Virus record (IMG/VR): IMGVR_UViG_3300012948_000003
Location: 32,001 to 96,000 of that record
DNA: 64,000 bases
Strand: one strand, 5' to 3'
DNA from: a virus
Numbering within the stretch: the first letter of the stretch is position 1; the number at the start of each line of letters is the position of its first letter. Shown here one piece after another: positions 28,775 to 37,062 of the stretch. The translations under genes were made by a program, and so were the position numbers. The notes under the pieces were generated by a model that was not told the DNA's origin, searched no databases, and was given only the letters and a program-made list of their open reading frames with translations.

Positions 28775-29934
28775 ACTATCCTCCCCATTGCCATCTCTCC
28801 TGCTTGATCGATACTATTCAGGAAGGGCTTCCAGTAGTGATCGCGTACATACGGTTCAGAGAGTTCCGCCTTCACGCGTTCGTACGTCCTTTGTCCCTCT
28901 TGCAGGCACTTCCGGTTCAAGTACAGCTCGCGTAATGCTTCGTAGATTCCCTTGATACTCGGGATTGCTTGCCAGCAGCCAAGCAGATTCCAGAACGGTT
29001 GGCTTGAAGGAACCTTAATACCATTGAAAAGGTATTCAGGGCTCGCGCCAAAGTCGTGAACGATGATCGGTACGCCGCAAGCCTGCGCCTCCATCTGCAT
29101 CAGACCAAACCCCTCAGCGAAGCTCGCACCGAGCAATACATCGGCACAGCGATACATCTGCGCCATCCGTCCATCTGAGAGTCCCATCGCGATATCGTAC
29201 TCAGGAGTATTCGCTGTGCAGTCTTCTAAGCCGAGACTGAGCACGAGATCGTTCATATCCAGCCCACCTTGCCCGGTCGTAGGTTGCAGCGCTGTATGCA
29301 AGAGAAGCTGTGAGTCAGGAAACTCTTTGTGAAATTCGGCGAATGCTGCCATCTGTTCCGGGAATGCTTTTCTCGACGGATAGTAGTAGTTCGCCGCAGC
29401 AATGAGCACCGTGAACTTGTCCTTGACGCCCATCTCTTCTCGCGCTGCTGTTTTATCGCCGGGACAATAGATGTCCGTATTGATCGCATGAGGAATATAC
29501 GTGCTTCGTATACCCGCTCTCGACATCTCGCGTTCTCCGAAACGAGACATCGCTAACACGTACCGCGCTTCGCTGAGAATCATCTGCAATCTGCGCGGTA
29601 CTGGAATGGAATCGACCGGGCTATAGGTGATCCACGGAACTCCAGCAAAGCTCTGAGGAAACTCTGGAGACAATGTCCATACATCATGGAATGACAGGAC
29701 CACATCGATCTTGTATGTTCGGACGTGATCTCCAACGATGTCGTGGCCCCACGGGTCTCTGAAGATCGGGAGATGTAGAATTCCGTTGATTGTTGTCGGG
29801 CCACCTTGTATTCCAAAGTGAGGCATGCATAGGACTGTGTGACCTAATTCCTGAAATGCCTTAATCAAGTATCGCGACTGACTACCGTAGCCCGTGTTGA
29901 CGTGAGCACCATTGCTCGATAAAAGTATTCGCAT
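28771..29934 (-). CDS. GT4-family glycosyltransferase
   Basis: TGYG..IPHAINTDIY..RK..AEGFGLMQMEAQACGVPII. Confidence 0.9.
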   Translation of the reverse strand: MRILLSSNGAHVNTGYGSQSRYLIKAFQELGHTVLCMPHFGIQGGPTTINGILHLPIFRDPWGHDIVGDHVRTYKIDVVLSFHDVWTLSPEFPQSFAGVPWITYSPVDSIPVPRRLQMILSEARYVLAMSRFGEREMSRAGIRSTYIPHAINTDIYCPGDKTAAREEMGVKDKFTVLIAAANYYYPSRKAFPEQMAAFAEFHKEFPDSQLLLHTALQPTTGQGGLDMNDLVLSLGLEDCTANTPEYDIAMGLSDGRMAQMYRCADVLLGASFAEGFGLMQMEAQACGVPIIVHDFGASPEYLFNGIKVPSSQPFWNLLGCWQAIPSIKGIYEALRELYLNRKCLQEGQRTYERVKAELSEPYVRDHYWKPFLNSIDQAGEMAMGRIV

Positions 29935-29950
29935 AAACCTCTATTTAGGA

Positions 29951-29968
29951 GAGGGGCCGAAGCCCCTC
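29951..29968 (-). terminator. C(UUCG)G hairpin after the decoration gene
   Basis: GAGGGGC-TTCG-GCCCCTC; weak U-tract. Confidence 0.45.
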
Positions 29969-29972
29969 CCGG

Positions 29973-30254
29973 TTAGCTGTATCTGCTTTCCAACCTGATC
30001 TGATACGTTGTCGCAGTTGTCGTGCCGGGCAGCTTCATAATCAGCTTGCTGCCAACAACCCAACAACTCGAAGGAGGGCTCCCACCGAACGACTGCACGA
30101 TAAAGTCAGTGATAGTCGTCAAGTGTCGTGCTTGAATCGTACCAGTGCCTATATCAGCAGCGAGAGCGGTGGCAGTCCAACGTTCGATTTTCCGCGAGCC
30201 TGCATAATCCGGCTGAAGCGCAGAGTCAGGAGAAATCGAAGAAGCAAAAGCCAT
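29973..30254 (-). CDS. Probable capsid decoration/cement protein
   Basis: 93-aa beta-rich ORF right after the capsid gene; GGAGG RBS. Confidence 0.55.
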   Translation of the reverse strand: MAFASSISPDSALQPDYAGSRKIERWTATALAADIGTGTIQARHLTTITDFIVQSFGGSPPSSCWVVGSKLIMKLPGTTTATTYQIRLESRYS

Positions 30255-30289
30255 AATGTTTTCCTCCAGCCCAAAGGGCAGTTGACTCC

Positions 30290-30315
30290 TTGAGGCTGGC
30301 CGAAGCCAGCCTCAA
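30290..30315 (-). other. 11-bp C(UUCG)G hairpin after the capsid stop
   Basis: TTGAGGCTGGC-TTCG-GCCAGCCTCAA. Confidence 0.6.
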
Positions 30316-30323
30316 TTACCGAA

Positions 30324-31583
30324 CTACGCAAACGCGATTGCCGGGCTCGGAAGATTGGTGATGTCAGTGTTGGTAATAACCCAGTGACATCCGAATCTCG
30401 TTGCCCCGAGGTCGTACTTACAGCCAATGAACCCGGTCCATTGATCGTAGTACGTGCCGCCAGAGGTATACATTCTGGTCGTCAAACCGTCCTCAGCGTA
30501 TGCGCCGAATTTCTTCAGCTCATACACATTGATTTCGGCTGGATTGATCCCGTAGGTTCGATCCGGATCGATTGAAACGTAATCCTCCCATGCGAGGTCG
30601 CCAAACTGAACGTCCTTGAAATCCATGCGAAGGACCCCGCCTCCGCCTTCGTAACGAAGCAGGTTGTAGCCATTGCTCATGAAGCCTGCCTTGTTGGTCG
30701 GCGAAGAAAGGATCGTTGTGTTGCCTGCCTGCTCGGTCCTGTAACGGAGCGAGTAGTGAATCTCAACGAGCAGCGCAACCTGAAGACGCTGAGTTGTGGC
30801 GTTCAGCACGACAGCTTTGAGATAAGGTCTGTTCGAACGAAGCTGACCCTGAATCTCGCCGCTATCATTGTTTACGATATCAGTCAACCCGTGCGGAGCT
30901 TTTAGTGCGGAGTTCTCGTAAACGATGTAATCACCGCTCTGCCACGCGGCGTTCACTGTATCGCAAGTTACAACATTGGTGGAGCGGTTGTTGCCGCCCG
31001 GATCGGCGACTACCGAAGTACCCGCTCGGGCAACGCCAGTGGTCGGGTTAACCGCATTCAGACGAGCACCTTCTTTGATCTTGAAAGACCCAAAGGTTGA
31101 TCCGCCTGTTACGGTTGTGGAGCACGTGAAGTTGCCGTTGGAGCCCGAGGTCGGCGCTCCAGAGATGTACGCAATCGCACCAGTGCGCGTACCCGCGATC
31201 TGGAAATCGAGCGTCTTCTTCGCAGCTTCGGTCTGAAGCAAGAAGAGATCGCTGATTTTGTCGATCAACGCATCACCGCTGATATTATTGAATACATCAC
31301 CGCTGATTAAGAAGGATGTCGCATACCGAGCTGGGAACACCCGCATGTCGTTGAACTGTGGATTGTCCGCAGTTGGGAATGCGCCACCTTCACCCATGTA
31401 TCCGTCTGACGCCGGGGGACGGTCGTAGAACGGGATACGGTAACCCCGTTGATTCACTTCTATTGGTTTGCCCTTATAGAAGCGATTGTACAGTGTGTGA
31501 GCCTGCTCGAACTGTTGCTCGATCTCAGGATTCACTGCTGTACGGACAACGGCTTCAAACTGACTGAATACCATTTCGGCCAT
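30324..31583 (-). CDS. Major capsid protein (419 aa)
   Basis: Follows scaffold; AAGGAG before ATG 31583; GEGGAFPTA..PHGLTDIV..HWVITN pattern of HK97-fold capsids. Confidence 0.85.
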   Translation of the reverse strand: MAEMVFSQFEAVVRTAVNPEIEQQFEQAHTLYNRFYKGKPIEVNQRGYRIPFYDRPPASDGYMGEGGAFPTADNPQFNDMRVFPARYATSFLISGDVFNNISGDALIDKISDLFLLQTEAAKKTLDFQIAGTRTGAIAYISGAPTSGSNGNFTCSTTVTGGSTFGSFKIKEGARLNAVNPTTGVARAGTSVVADPGGNNRSTNVVTCDTVNAAWQSGDYIVYENSALKAPHGLTDIVNNDSGEIQGQLRSNRPYLKAVVLNATTQRLQVALLVEIHYSLRYRTEQAGNTTILSSPTNKAGFMSNGYNLLRYEGGGGVLRMDFKDVQFGDLAWEDYVSIDPDRTYGINPAEINVYELKKFGAYAEDGLTTRMYTSGGTYYDQWTGFIGCKYDLGATRFGCHWVITNTDITNLPSPAIAFA

Positions 31584-31602
31584 GATCCGTATCTCCTTAT
31601 AC

Positions 31603-33132
31603 CTAGAAACGGGGCAGACCCGGCATACCGCGATTCTGCGCTTCACGTAGTCGCGCTCGGACCGCATCGCGGGTCGCCTGAATATCTCCCGATGGAGCCG
31701 GAGGACGGTTCGTAACCGGAGGTATTGCCGTACCACCTGTTATCTCGCGCCTGCCGTGTTGTAAGTCCTTTGTCTTCTGGTCCTGCCTTTGCGTTGTCCT
31801 TCGAATCGGACCGAGTAATCGATCAGCTGCTTGCGATATCGCTTGAGCGCGATAGTTGGTGACCACCGTGAGCGCATCGAGACCCGACTTGTCCCAGCGA
31901 TCTCGATCTCTCGGGTCCTTCGCAGCTGCCGCTTGCTTGAACCACTTTTCAGCTCTCGCTGTAGCGTTTTTGTAATCCGGGTTAGCTTCCAAAGCAGCCT
32001 TAGCGATAGTCTTTATGTCGCCCAGCAATCCCGGTCGGTCCTTCGGAATGGCATTTCCATAGCGAGTTTGGATATCGGAATCCAGCGAAGACTCTAGTTG
32101 CTCATTGAGGCGAGTTGCAGCTCGACGTTGAGCATCTTCGGACGACTGATCCCGTAATCCTTCCTGATCTTGATTGATTCGACTAACTTCGTTTTGCAAG
32201 CGCTGAATCTGCATGTCACGCTGCGCTAGTTCGCGCTGCCGCTGCGTCTGTTCAGCCTGTCGTTGCTGCTGAGCCATCTGCGTCTGATAGATTATTTGCT
32301 GATGACCAGCGTCAGTTAGATCGAGTCCATACTGATCCGCTATTGCTTCAGCGGTCTGGACACCTTGCGGCTGTCCGTAGCCGGGCTGCTGATAGCCCTG
32401 CTGAAAACCCGGCTGCTGCTGCCCTTGCGGTGGCATTGGTCCTTGCGCACCGCTCAAGCGAGCAATGATGACCGACTGAAGGTCTGGAGAGTTCTCCAGA
32501 ATGGTTAGCACATCGTAGAGGGAATCGCCGTCGAGCTGACCTCTGGTCATTCGACGCGCCAATGAATCCCACACGACGCCTAAGCTCTCCAGCTTTTCAT
32601 TATCAGCTGGAAGATTCGGATCAAGCGGAACACCTTCGAGAGAACGAACCTGATCGCCGATATCAGACCAGAAGTGAGTATCCATTACGTCAGCGGCAAC
32701 TGACTCATAGTACTCAGGCTCCTCTTCGGCCATCTTGATGAAGCTCTCTCGCGGATTGAAATCATCCAACGGGATATCAGTCGTGATGTAAACGCCCCTG
32801 TCCTGTGCTGCACGAAACGTTTGCATCTCTTGCTGGATCGCGTCTCGTGCTCGCACTGCCTCATCCCGTTCGAACTTGACCTTGTCGTACGAACTACGAA
32901 ACTGTCGAAGGTTCTCGGGTTGAGTTAGGTCTAGCTGTGTTACGTCCGTTTCCGGAGCTGGCGCTTGCGCGGTTTCTTGTGTTTGGGGTTGCTGCCCCGC
33001 TTCCCCAGCGCCTTCCGCTGGTGACTGCTCTGGTTCGACCGATGAATCAGGTTGAGCGACTTCCCCGCTGCTCGCGGCAGCTACATCTTCAACACCAGTT
33101 GATGTTCCGGTGTCACCTAGCATAGAACTCAT
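31603..33132 (-). CDS. Probable capsid scaffolding protein
   Basis: Acidic disordered N-terminus, coiled coil, basic C-terminal helix; directly upstream of capsid. Confidence 0.7.
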   Translation of the reverse strand: MSSMLGDTGTSTGVEDVAAASSGEVAQPDSSVEPEQSPAEGAGEAGQQPQTQETAQAPAPETDVTQLDLTQPENLRQFRSSYDKVKFERDEAVRARDAIQQEMQTFRAAQDRGVYITTDIPLDDFNPRESFIKMAEEEPEYYESVAADVMDTHFWSDIGDQVRSLEGVPLDPNLPADNEKLESLGVVWDSLARRMTRGQLDGDSLYDVLTILENSPDLQSVIIARLSGAQGPMPPQGQQQPGFQQGYQQPGYGQPQGVQTAEAIADQYGLDLTDAGHQQIIYQTQMAQQQRQAEQTQRQRELAQRDMQIQRLQNEVSRINQDQEGLRDQSSEDAQRRAATRLNEQLESSLDSDIQTRYGNAIPKDRPGLLGDIKTIAKAALEANPDYKNATARAEKWFKQAAAAKDPRDRDRWDKSGLDALTVVTNYRAQAISQAADRLLGPIRRTTQRQDQKTKDLQHGRREITGGTAIPPVTNRPPAPSGDIQATRDAVRARLREAQNRGMPGLPRF

Positions 33133-33224
33133 ACGTCACCTCTTCTCCGGTGAGCGAAGCCGGATATGCGCTCAAGTATAGGAGATACGGTCCACGAGCC
33201 GTGTATACGTGGATGAAATAGATT

Positions 33225-33238
33225 TTCTTTTAAAAGAA
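33225..33238. repeat. Palindrome copy 6
   Basis: Core, just after stop at 33240. Confidence 0.95.
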
Positions 33239-33239
33239 T

Positions 33240-33557
33240 TTACTTCAGTGCGATCTGAATAGTTCGTGCTGCTGCTTGCAACGAACTCAGGACGAATCTG
33301 AAATGAGTAAATGGCTGCAACTCTGGCGGGAGAAGATATGCTCGTCCCGGCGATACCGACTGTCCTACTGGACCCGATGCATTAAAAAGCGTTCCATATG
33401 TTTGACCGCCATCGGCGCTAACGGAATAAGATACTGAACTGACTGTTACATTAAAGGGGACAAAGAACCCACCTGTCAGATGACCGCCATAAGGAACACC
33501 ATCAGAGATTGCGCTATTTATCGGTACTGTACATGGTCTCCAGTTTTCGAATGCCAT
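33240..33557 (-). CDS. Small beta-sandwich virion protein
   Basis: AAGGAG RBS; VSADGGQTY..FTHFRFV. Confidence 0.55.
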   Translation of the reverse strand: MAFENWRPCTVPINSAISDGVPYGGHLTGGFFVPFNVTVSSVSYSVSADGGQTYGTLFNASGPVGQSVSPGRAYLLPPELQPFTHFRFVLSSLQAAARTIQIALK

Positions 33558-33567
33558 CTTTGTCTCC

Positions 33568-33975
33568 TTATGCAGAGGTCGCTTCCGCTTCCTCTTCGCG
33601 AATGACGAATCCGCTAAATGCCTCGGCTTCGATAGGTGTTAGATCACTCGGAAGTTCCGTAGCATAGTAAGGCTCGATTTCTACTTCGCTCCGGAACAGT
33701 TTTCGTCGTGCTTGATCACGTGCTTTCAGGTCTTCTTTTGTATATTCAAGCTCACCTTGTGCGTTACGCCGTACAATCCCGTTGTCGTCAGTAGCGCAGA
33801 AGTCAATGTCAAGATCGTCACGCTTCTCGCGGAAGCGGTCCATCAGTTTGTTAGCCCGGATACTGATTCGCATAATCGCGTAGCCCATCTTCGTATTGCG
33901 GTGCTCGCGATCTCTGCTGAGCCAGCTCTGTGCTACATTTAAAAAGAGTGATACATTCTCGTATGTGGTTTTCAT
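33568..33975 (-). CDS. Hypothetical protein (fibre-associated)
   Basis: Follows the fibre gene; start inferred at MKTTY. Confidence 0.55.
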   Translation of the reverse strand: MKTTYENVSLFLNVAQSWLSRDREHRNTKMGYAIMRISIRANKLMDRFREKRDDLDIDFCATDDNGIVRRNAQGELEYTKEDLKARDQARRKLFRSEVEIEPYYATELPSDLTPIEAEAFSGFVIREEEAEATSA

Positions 33976-33977
33976 AA

Positions 33978-36900
33978 CTATGGTGCTGTAGTTGACCAGC
34001 TCCACGCTGTTGTTGCGCCGTCCAGCGGAATAGTAAGATAATTGACAGTGCCGCTCCTGTTCACTGCGAATACCAGCTTGTCGTTCTTCATATAGAAGCC
34101 GAGTCTGTCTTCGACGTTGGAACCGGAAGTCAAGTTTGCCGCTGTTGGGTCCGTTGAAGTCTCAGTGAGAATCTGATGAGCCCCTCTGTCTATTACAAGC
34201 GCAAGAGCCGCACTGCCAGTGTAAAACAGGATGTCCCTTGTCGCGCCCGAGGGTCGGCTTTGAATAATTAAATTACCTGCTTCGAGAAAAGGATAAGCTG
34301 CGCCACCTGAGCTAGTACCGTATATCGTCGGTGCAGTATTAGTCGCATCTACAGCAGTAGCGTTATTGTTCAGCTTTAGCTTATTGATTATATCTACAGT
34401 CCCCGCTGTAGCAGGAATCTGAAGCTGCGTTGCGGCGTCCGAAGATCGCAAATCAACAATACCGTTTGTTCCACCAGCACCTGCTACGCCTCCTCTGATA
34501 ATAACGTTGCCGCCATTGCCACCAGCATTCACACCTCCGCTCGTTCCTACGGCTCCAGCGCCCCCGGTAATATTGATCGCTCCGCCTGCGCCACCTGTAT
34601 TTGTTCCGCTAGTAGATGTCGAAGGAGCGCCGCCTGTACCTCCTGTAAAACTAAGAGCACCGCCTGCGCCTCCCGTGTTATTAACCGATCCACCTAGAGC
34701 AGGGACGCCACCTGTCCCTGCCGTCATGGAAGTCGTCCCGCCAACGCCTCCTATTCCGGTTGCGGTCGCCGCTGTCGGTATACCTCCAGCACCAAACGTC
34801 CAGCTTATTCCGCCTCCATTCGGACCAGTAACGGAACCCGAAGAAGTAGGATTTTGACCACCTGCACCTGTTATAAAACTTATAGTCCCGCCGCTCTGAT
34901 TACCAAAAGATGGCCGCGCAGTCAGGGTAATGGAACCTCCTATTTGCGCGGCAGTATGATTCCCCGATGAGGTTCCACCATTGATCGAGATATTTCCGCC
35001 TGTGCCTCCCGCGCCAGTACAACCACTGTTGCCGCCTTGCACCGTTGCGTTACCACCAGCGCGTACCACGGTACCGTCACCGTTACTAGCGCCTCCTGTT
35101 AGAGCAACCGCGCCTCCCGCGCCTCCGCTACCAGTGCTAGACCCAGCACCTCCGGTAACATTACTTTGCCCTCCAGCGCTAGTAGCCACTGCCGCACCTA
35201 CGCCGCCTCTTAACAAGGCTGCTCCACCAGTTCCCGGAGCAGTACCTGCGCCTGCCGTACCTGCAATAAAGTTAAGTGCACCTCCGTTGCCTGACACACT
35301 AGAGCCGCCACCATTCGACGCAACGCCTCCGGGACCAGCAGTAAGATTTATCGCGCCTCCGTTGCCGCCAGTGTTTGTATTTGAGGTCGCTCCGCTTGCT
35401 GCTCCGCCTGTCCCGCCAGTAATATTGCAAGCTCCCCCTGCACCACCAGTATTAGTACCAGACCCCGCGACCGCGCCTGCGCCACCTGTCCCCATTTGGA
35501 CGGTGAAGCCTCCGCCTATGCCTCCAGTTGATGAAGTAGCCGCCGCTGTTGCTTGTCCACCATCCGCAGTATTAAGTGAAATGCCTCCACCATTGCCACC
35601 TGTCCCGGTAGTAGCTATTGTCGTATTGCCGCCAGTCAATCCAGCAGTGCCAGAACGGAGATAGTTTGCTGCATTTGTTCCGGTAGCAGTTCCGACAGAT
35701 GCGGTGGATTGACCTTCACCGTCAAGATGTAACATTGAGGTGGGCGTTGCTCGACCAATCCCTACAAACCCCGAAGGAAGTACAGTGAATCGCAGGGTAA
35801 AGCTCGCAGTATTTGAAATATTGAAACTACCCGTAGCATTCGGGATAACAATATTAATATTTCCGCTGGCAGCAGGTGCTGCGACTTGCAGGTTATTCGA
35901 AGTTGTAATTGACAGGATACTCGTTGCGTTGCCAGCATTATCGTACTGACGGTAAGACGCGTTACAGGGAATAAGAATTGATCCGCTCTGCATTTCATAA
36001 CCGAGCATTCGGCCAGTATTCGTCGTTGGGATGCCAGCGCCGAGACCAGAGTCAGCTACGTTGTCCGTAAAGGATGCAGTAGCAAATCCTGATGAGCTTC
36101 CGACGAGTTTATAATTTCCGGTATCACCCGCAACGGTTCGATAGACCTTACGCGTCGTTACCGTACTCGGACCAGAGGGTATTGTAACTGTTACTTGTCC
36201 GTTTACTGTTTTATCGGTAACGTTGATCTGTGACGAAGTAGTTCCACCGTCTGTCTCGCCGCTCGCGGTAACATAGGTGACTTTCCACGAATGCAGGCCA
36301 TTATCTATGTTTCCCGCGCCAGCACCAGCTAAAGCCACAGTCGGCGCATTAATAGGAGCAATCTGCTGATAGATATTCAGTGTCGAGCCTGAGCCGTTTA
36401 AAGCAACAGAATTTGGACCCGTCTCGAAATCGATATAACGAGTCGCACCTGAATCGTAGTGCCTCAAATACGATCCGTTATCAACCAGAGATGATTCAGT
36501 TATACTCGGGTCCGTTCCAAACTTCGTAATATAGTTTAGCGTCCCGCTTGTATCGACAGCGGCGATCTTATTGTCAATTTGTTCCTTTGTGTATGTACTT
36601 AGATCGATATTCGGAATGAGAACCATTGAATAGTTCTCTAGATCAGCCCACGTAGCACATGTTCCTATCGGAGTACACGCGCTCGCAGATGCAATCTCAG
36701 GCGGAACGAGAATCCGCTCCATTCCGTCCACTGGCCCAATGTATTGTCCATTACTCCGATACCAGTAAAAAGTGTAATAAGAGGTCACCGTGAGAGCGAC
36801 AGCGTCTGTCGTTGATTTCACTGTGAATGTCGGCACAGTTACTACGCTGACACCATCGTATGTGCAGGCGATATCGAGATAATACTGTCCACCATTCGGT

Positions 36901-37046
36901 CCGCCTTCGGGAACATAGATTGGATTCGTATCATTCGAGAAGAAAGCATTCGAGCAAAAGATACGGAGACGCGGCGGCGATCCTGCCGTCACTCCGTGGA
37001 CGTGGAAATCTTGAACCGTTTGTGGCTGAACGACGATATCTGCCAT
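33978..37046 (-). CDS. Gly-rich tail fibre/spike protein
   Basis: 1022 aa with repeated GGxGG.I.(I/L)T.G.GG beta-solenoid-like units; N-domain shared with 13295-15232. Confidence 0.8.
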   Translation of the reverse strand: MADIVVQPQTVQDFHVHGVTAGSPPRLRIFCSNAFFSNDTNPIYVPEGGPNGGQYYLDIACTYDGVSVVTVPTFTVKSTTDAVALTVTSYYTFYWYRSNGQYIGPVDGMERILVPPEIASASACTPIGTCATWADLENYSMVLIPNIDLSTYTKEQIDNKIAAVDTSGTLNYITKFGTDPSITESSLVDNGSYLRHYDSGATRYIDFETGPNSVALNGSGSTLNIYQQIAPINAPTVALAGAGAGNIDNGLHSWKVTYVTASGETDGGTTSSQINVTDKTVNGQVTVTIPSGPSTVTTRKVYRTVAGDTGNYKLVGSSSGFATASFTDNVADSGLGAGIPTTNTGRMLGYEMQSGSILIPCNASYRQYDNAGNATSILSITTSNNLQVAAPAASGNINIVIPNATGSFNISNTASFTLRFTVLPSGFVGIGRATPTSMLHLDGEGQSTASVGTATGTNAANYLRSGTAGLTGGNTTIATTGTGGNGGGISLNTADGGQATAAATSSTGGIGGGFTVQMGTGGAGAVAGSGTNTGGAGGACNITGGTGGAASGATSNTNTGGNGGAINLTAGPGGVASNGGGSSVSGNGGALNFIAGTAGAGTAPGTGGAALLRGGVGAAVATSAGGQSNVTGGAGSSTGSGGAGGAVALTGGASNGDGTVVRAGGNATVQGGNSGCTGAGGTGGNISINGGTSSGNHTAAQIGGSITLTARPSFGNQSGGTISFITGAGGQNPTSSGSVTGPNGGGISWTFGAGGIPTAATATGIGGVGGTTSMTAGTGGVPALGGSVNNTGGAGGALSFTGGTGGAPSTSTSGTNTGGAGGAINITGGAGAVGTSGGVNAGGNGGNVIIRGGVAGAGGTNGIVDLRSSDAATQLQIPATAGTVDIINKLKLNNNATAVDATNTAPTIYGTSSGGAAYPFLEAGNLIIQSRPSGATRDILFYTGSAALALVIDRGAHQILTETSTDPTAANLTSGSNVEDRLGFYMKNDKLVFAVNRSGTVNYLTIPLDGATTAWSWSTTAP

Positions 37047-37047
37047 T

Positions 37048-37061
37048 TTCTTTTAAAAGAA
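37048..37061. repeat. Palindrome copy 7 (portal stop to fibre ATG)
   Basis: Core. Confidence 0.95.
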
Positions 37062-37062
37062 A

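Noticed and set aside
31584-31736. 51-aa N-terminal extension of the capsid ORF in the track
   Set aside because: Overlaps the scaffold gene; a strong SD supports ATG 31583
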